DNA of 64,000 nt, from contig NIVC01001716.1 of NCBI GenBank assembly GCA_002269645.1, positions 124,001 through 188,000 on the forward strand, in the 5' to 3' direction. Numbering within the stretch: the stretch's first letter is position 1; each line of letters begins with the position of its first letter. A program made the position numbers and the translations under genes. This DNA comes from Macrostomum lignano (Eukaryota). Positions 62,458-64,000 of this stretch are shown one piece after another. The notes under the pieces were generated by a model that saw only the letters and a program-made list of their open reading frames with translations, made no database searches and was not told the DNA's origin.

Positions 62458-63015
62458 CTACTGACTGGACGGAGTGACAGTAGTCTGTACAGAGTTTCTG
62501 AGTCTGTGAGATTTGCTCATGGAGAGAACGAACAGAACCATGAGCAGCAGAGCCACCACCAGAGCTACTGAGATCCACAGTCGGTACTGGCAGATGGCAG
62601 CGCAGATTTTCCTCCGGCCGGACTTGGCCGGACTTGAGCACTCGTCTAGCTGTCGAATCTCGCCGTCCGAAGCTCGAGTGTGCCTCTGCCACGAGACTGA
62701 TTTCTTACTTTGCCGCCGTTGCTGTCGCAGGAGCTGCATACTCTGCGCCGCCTCCAAGTCTTCATCTTCTTGTGAGTCTGAGCCATTGATCGCTGGCGGC
62801 AGGCAAAGTTCGTTCTCAAGCTTTGATAGAGCAATACGAGATGTTTCTAAGAAATTTTGGCGCGATTTCAAACTGTCCGGATCGCCGTCGGTGTTGCCGG
62901 AATCGGCGTGTCGCTTGAGCAGCTGCAGAGTCTCGCTGAGTTCGTCCAGGCTCCACTTCACACTGCGAATGCCGTTCTTGACGGCCCCTGATTCCGTTGT
63001 GAAGGATTCAATTTT
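62458..63015 (-). CDS. Terminal exon of a syntaxin-6/10-like tail-anchored protein (Syntaxin-6_N domain plus TM); the 5' exon is probably beyond the window
   Basis: VKNGIRSVKWSLDELSETL...SRQNFLETSRIAL resembles STX6 LRNNLRSIEWDLEDLDETI...RKAFITSTRQVV; C-terminal TM LWISVALVVALLLMVLFVL. Acceptor position is uncertain. Confidence 0.65.
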   Translation of the reverse strand, partial: KIESFTTESGAVKNGIRSVKWSLDELSETLQLLKRHADSGNTDGDPDSLKSRQNFLETSRIALSKLENELCLPPAINGSDSQEDEDLEAAQSMQLLRQQRRQSKKSVSWQRHTRASDGEIRQLDECSSPAKSGRRKICAAICQYRLWISVALVVALLLMVLFVLSMSKSHRLRNSVQTTVTPSSQ

Positions 63016-63146
63016 CTTATATTACTACTGATCTGTCATAAACTGAGTAGCAAGTTAGCCACATGCATTTAAAAAATTATAAAATAAAAACTTCACAAAC
63101 TGACATTAAGCGTTATTTTTCTCGTATTTCTAATCAAATTGGGGAG

Positions 63147-64000
63147 AGTATACCCTCCCCATATCCCTAGTATACCCTCCCCATATCCCTAGTATACCCG
63201 CCCCATAGTATACCCTTCCCCATATCCCTAGTATACCCTCCCCATATCCCTAGTATACCCTCCCCATATCCCTAGTATACCCGCCCCATATCCCTAGTAT
63301 ACCCTCCCCATATCCCTAGTATACCCTCCCCATATCCCTAGTATACCCTCCCCATATCCCTAGTATACCCGCCCCATATCCCTAGTATACCCTCCCCATA
63401 TCCCTAGTATACCCTCCCCATATCCCTAGTATACCCTCCCCATATCTCTAGTATACCCTCCCCATATCCCTAGTATACCCGCCCCATATCCCTAGTATAC
63501 CCTCCCCATATCCCTAGTATATCCTCCCCATATCCCTAGTATACCCTCCCCATATCCCTAGTATACCCTCCCCATATCTCTAGTATACCCTCCCCATATC
63601 CCTAGTATACCCTCCCCATATCTCTAGTATACCCTCCCCATATCTCTAGTATACCCTCCCCATATCCCTAGTATACCCTCCCCATATCTCTAGTATACCC
63701 TCCCCATATCCCTAGTATACCCGCCCCATATCCCTAGTATATCCTCCCCATATCCCTAGTATACCCTCCCCATATCCCTAGTATATCCTCCCCATATCCC
63801 TAGTATACCCGCCCCATATCCCTAGTATACCCTCCCCATATCCCTAGTATACCCTCCCCATATCCCTAGTATACCCTCCCCATATCCCTAGTATATCCTC
63901 CCCATATCCCTAGTATATCCTCCCCATATCCCTAGTATACCCTCCCCATATCCCTAGTGTACCCGCCCCATATCCCTAGTATACCCGCCCCATATCCCTA
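63147..64000. repeat. 22-bp minisatellite (TAGTATACCCTCCCCATATCCC), about 39 copies, runs off the window end
   Basis: Direct tandem units. Confidence 0.97.

Overview
Repeat-rich animal genomic DNA with GT-AG spliceosomal genes, GC-rich exons and AT-rich or minisatellite-filled introns. The overall style suggests a free-living flatworm such as Macrostomum; this is inference only. I reconstructed by hand a 6-exon ZDHHC9/14/18-type palmitoyltransferase (minus, about 399 aa) containing a U12-type AT-AC minor intron, and a 6-exon SNX8/Mvp1-like sorting nexin with an N-terminal EH-like domain (minus, 567 aa). A possible small plus-strand membrane-protein gene lies between them. A tandem segmental duplication carries two 3-exon SLC34 (NaPi-II) phosphate transporter copies, each with one frameshift. 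Between the copies is a cluster of decayed transposons (Crypton, Mag-type Gypsy with both LTRs, PIF/Harbinger). An approximately 11-kb satellite of 20-24-bp monomers shows a higher-order period of about 2.4 kb. Next to it, bracketed by inverted monomers of the same satellite, is an uninterrupted ORF fusing a Myb/SANT-like helix-turn-helix to a PARP catalytic domain with an intact H-Y-E triad; this is the most intriguing item. The window also holds RTE-type LINE fragments, MITEs, a solo LTR, a degenerate minimal hammerhead-like motif, and the last exon of a syntaxin-6-like protein with an apparently degenerate SNARE motif. I saw no rRNA, tRNA or CRISPR array. All calls are by-eye pattern recognition; no searches were run.
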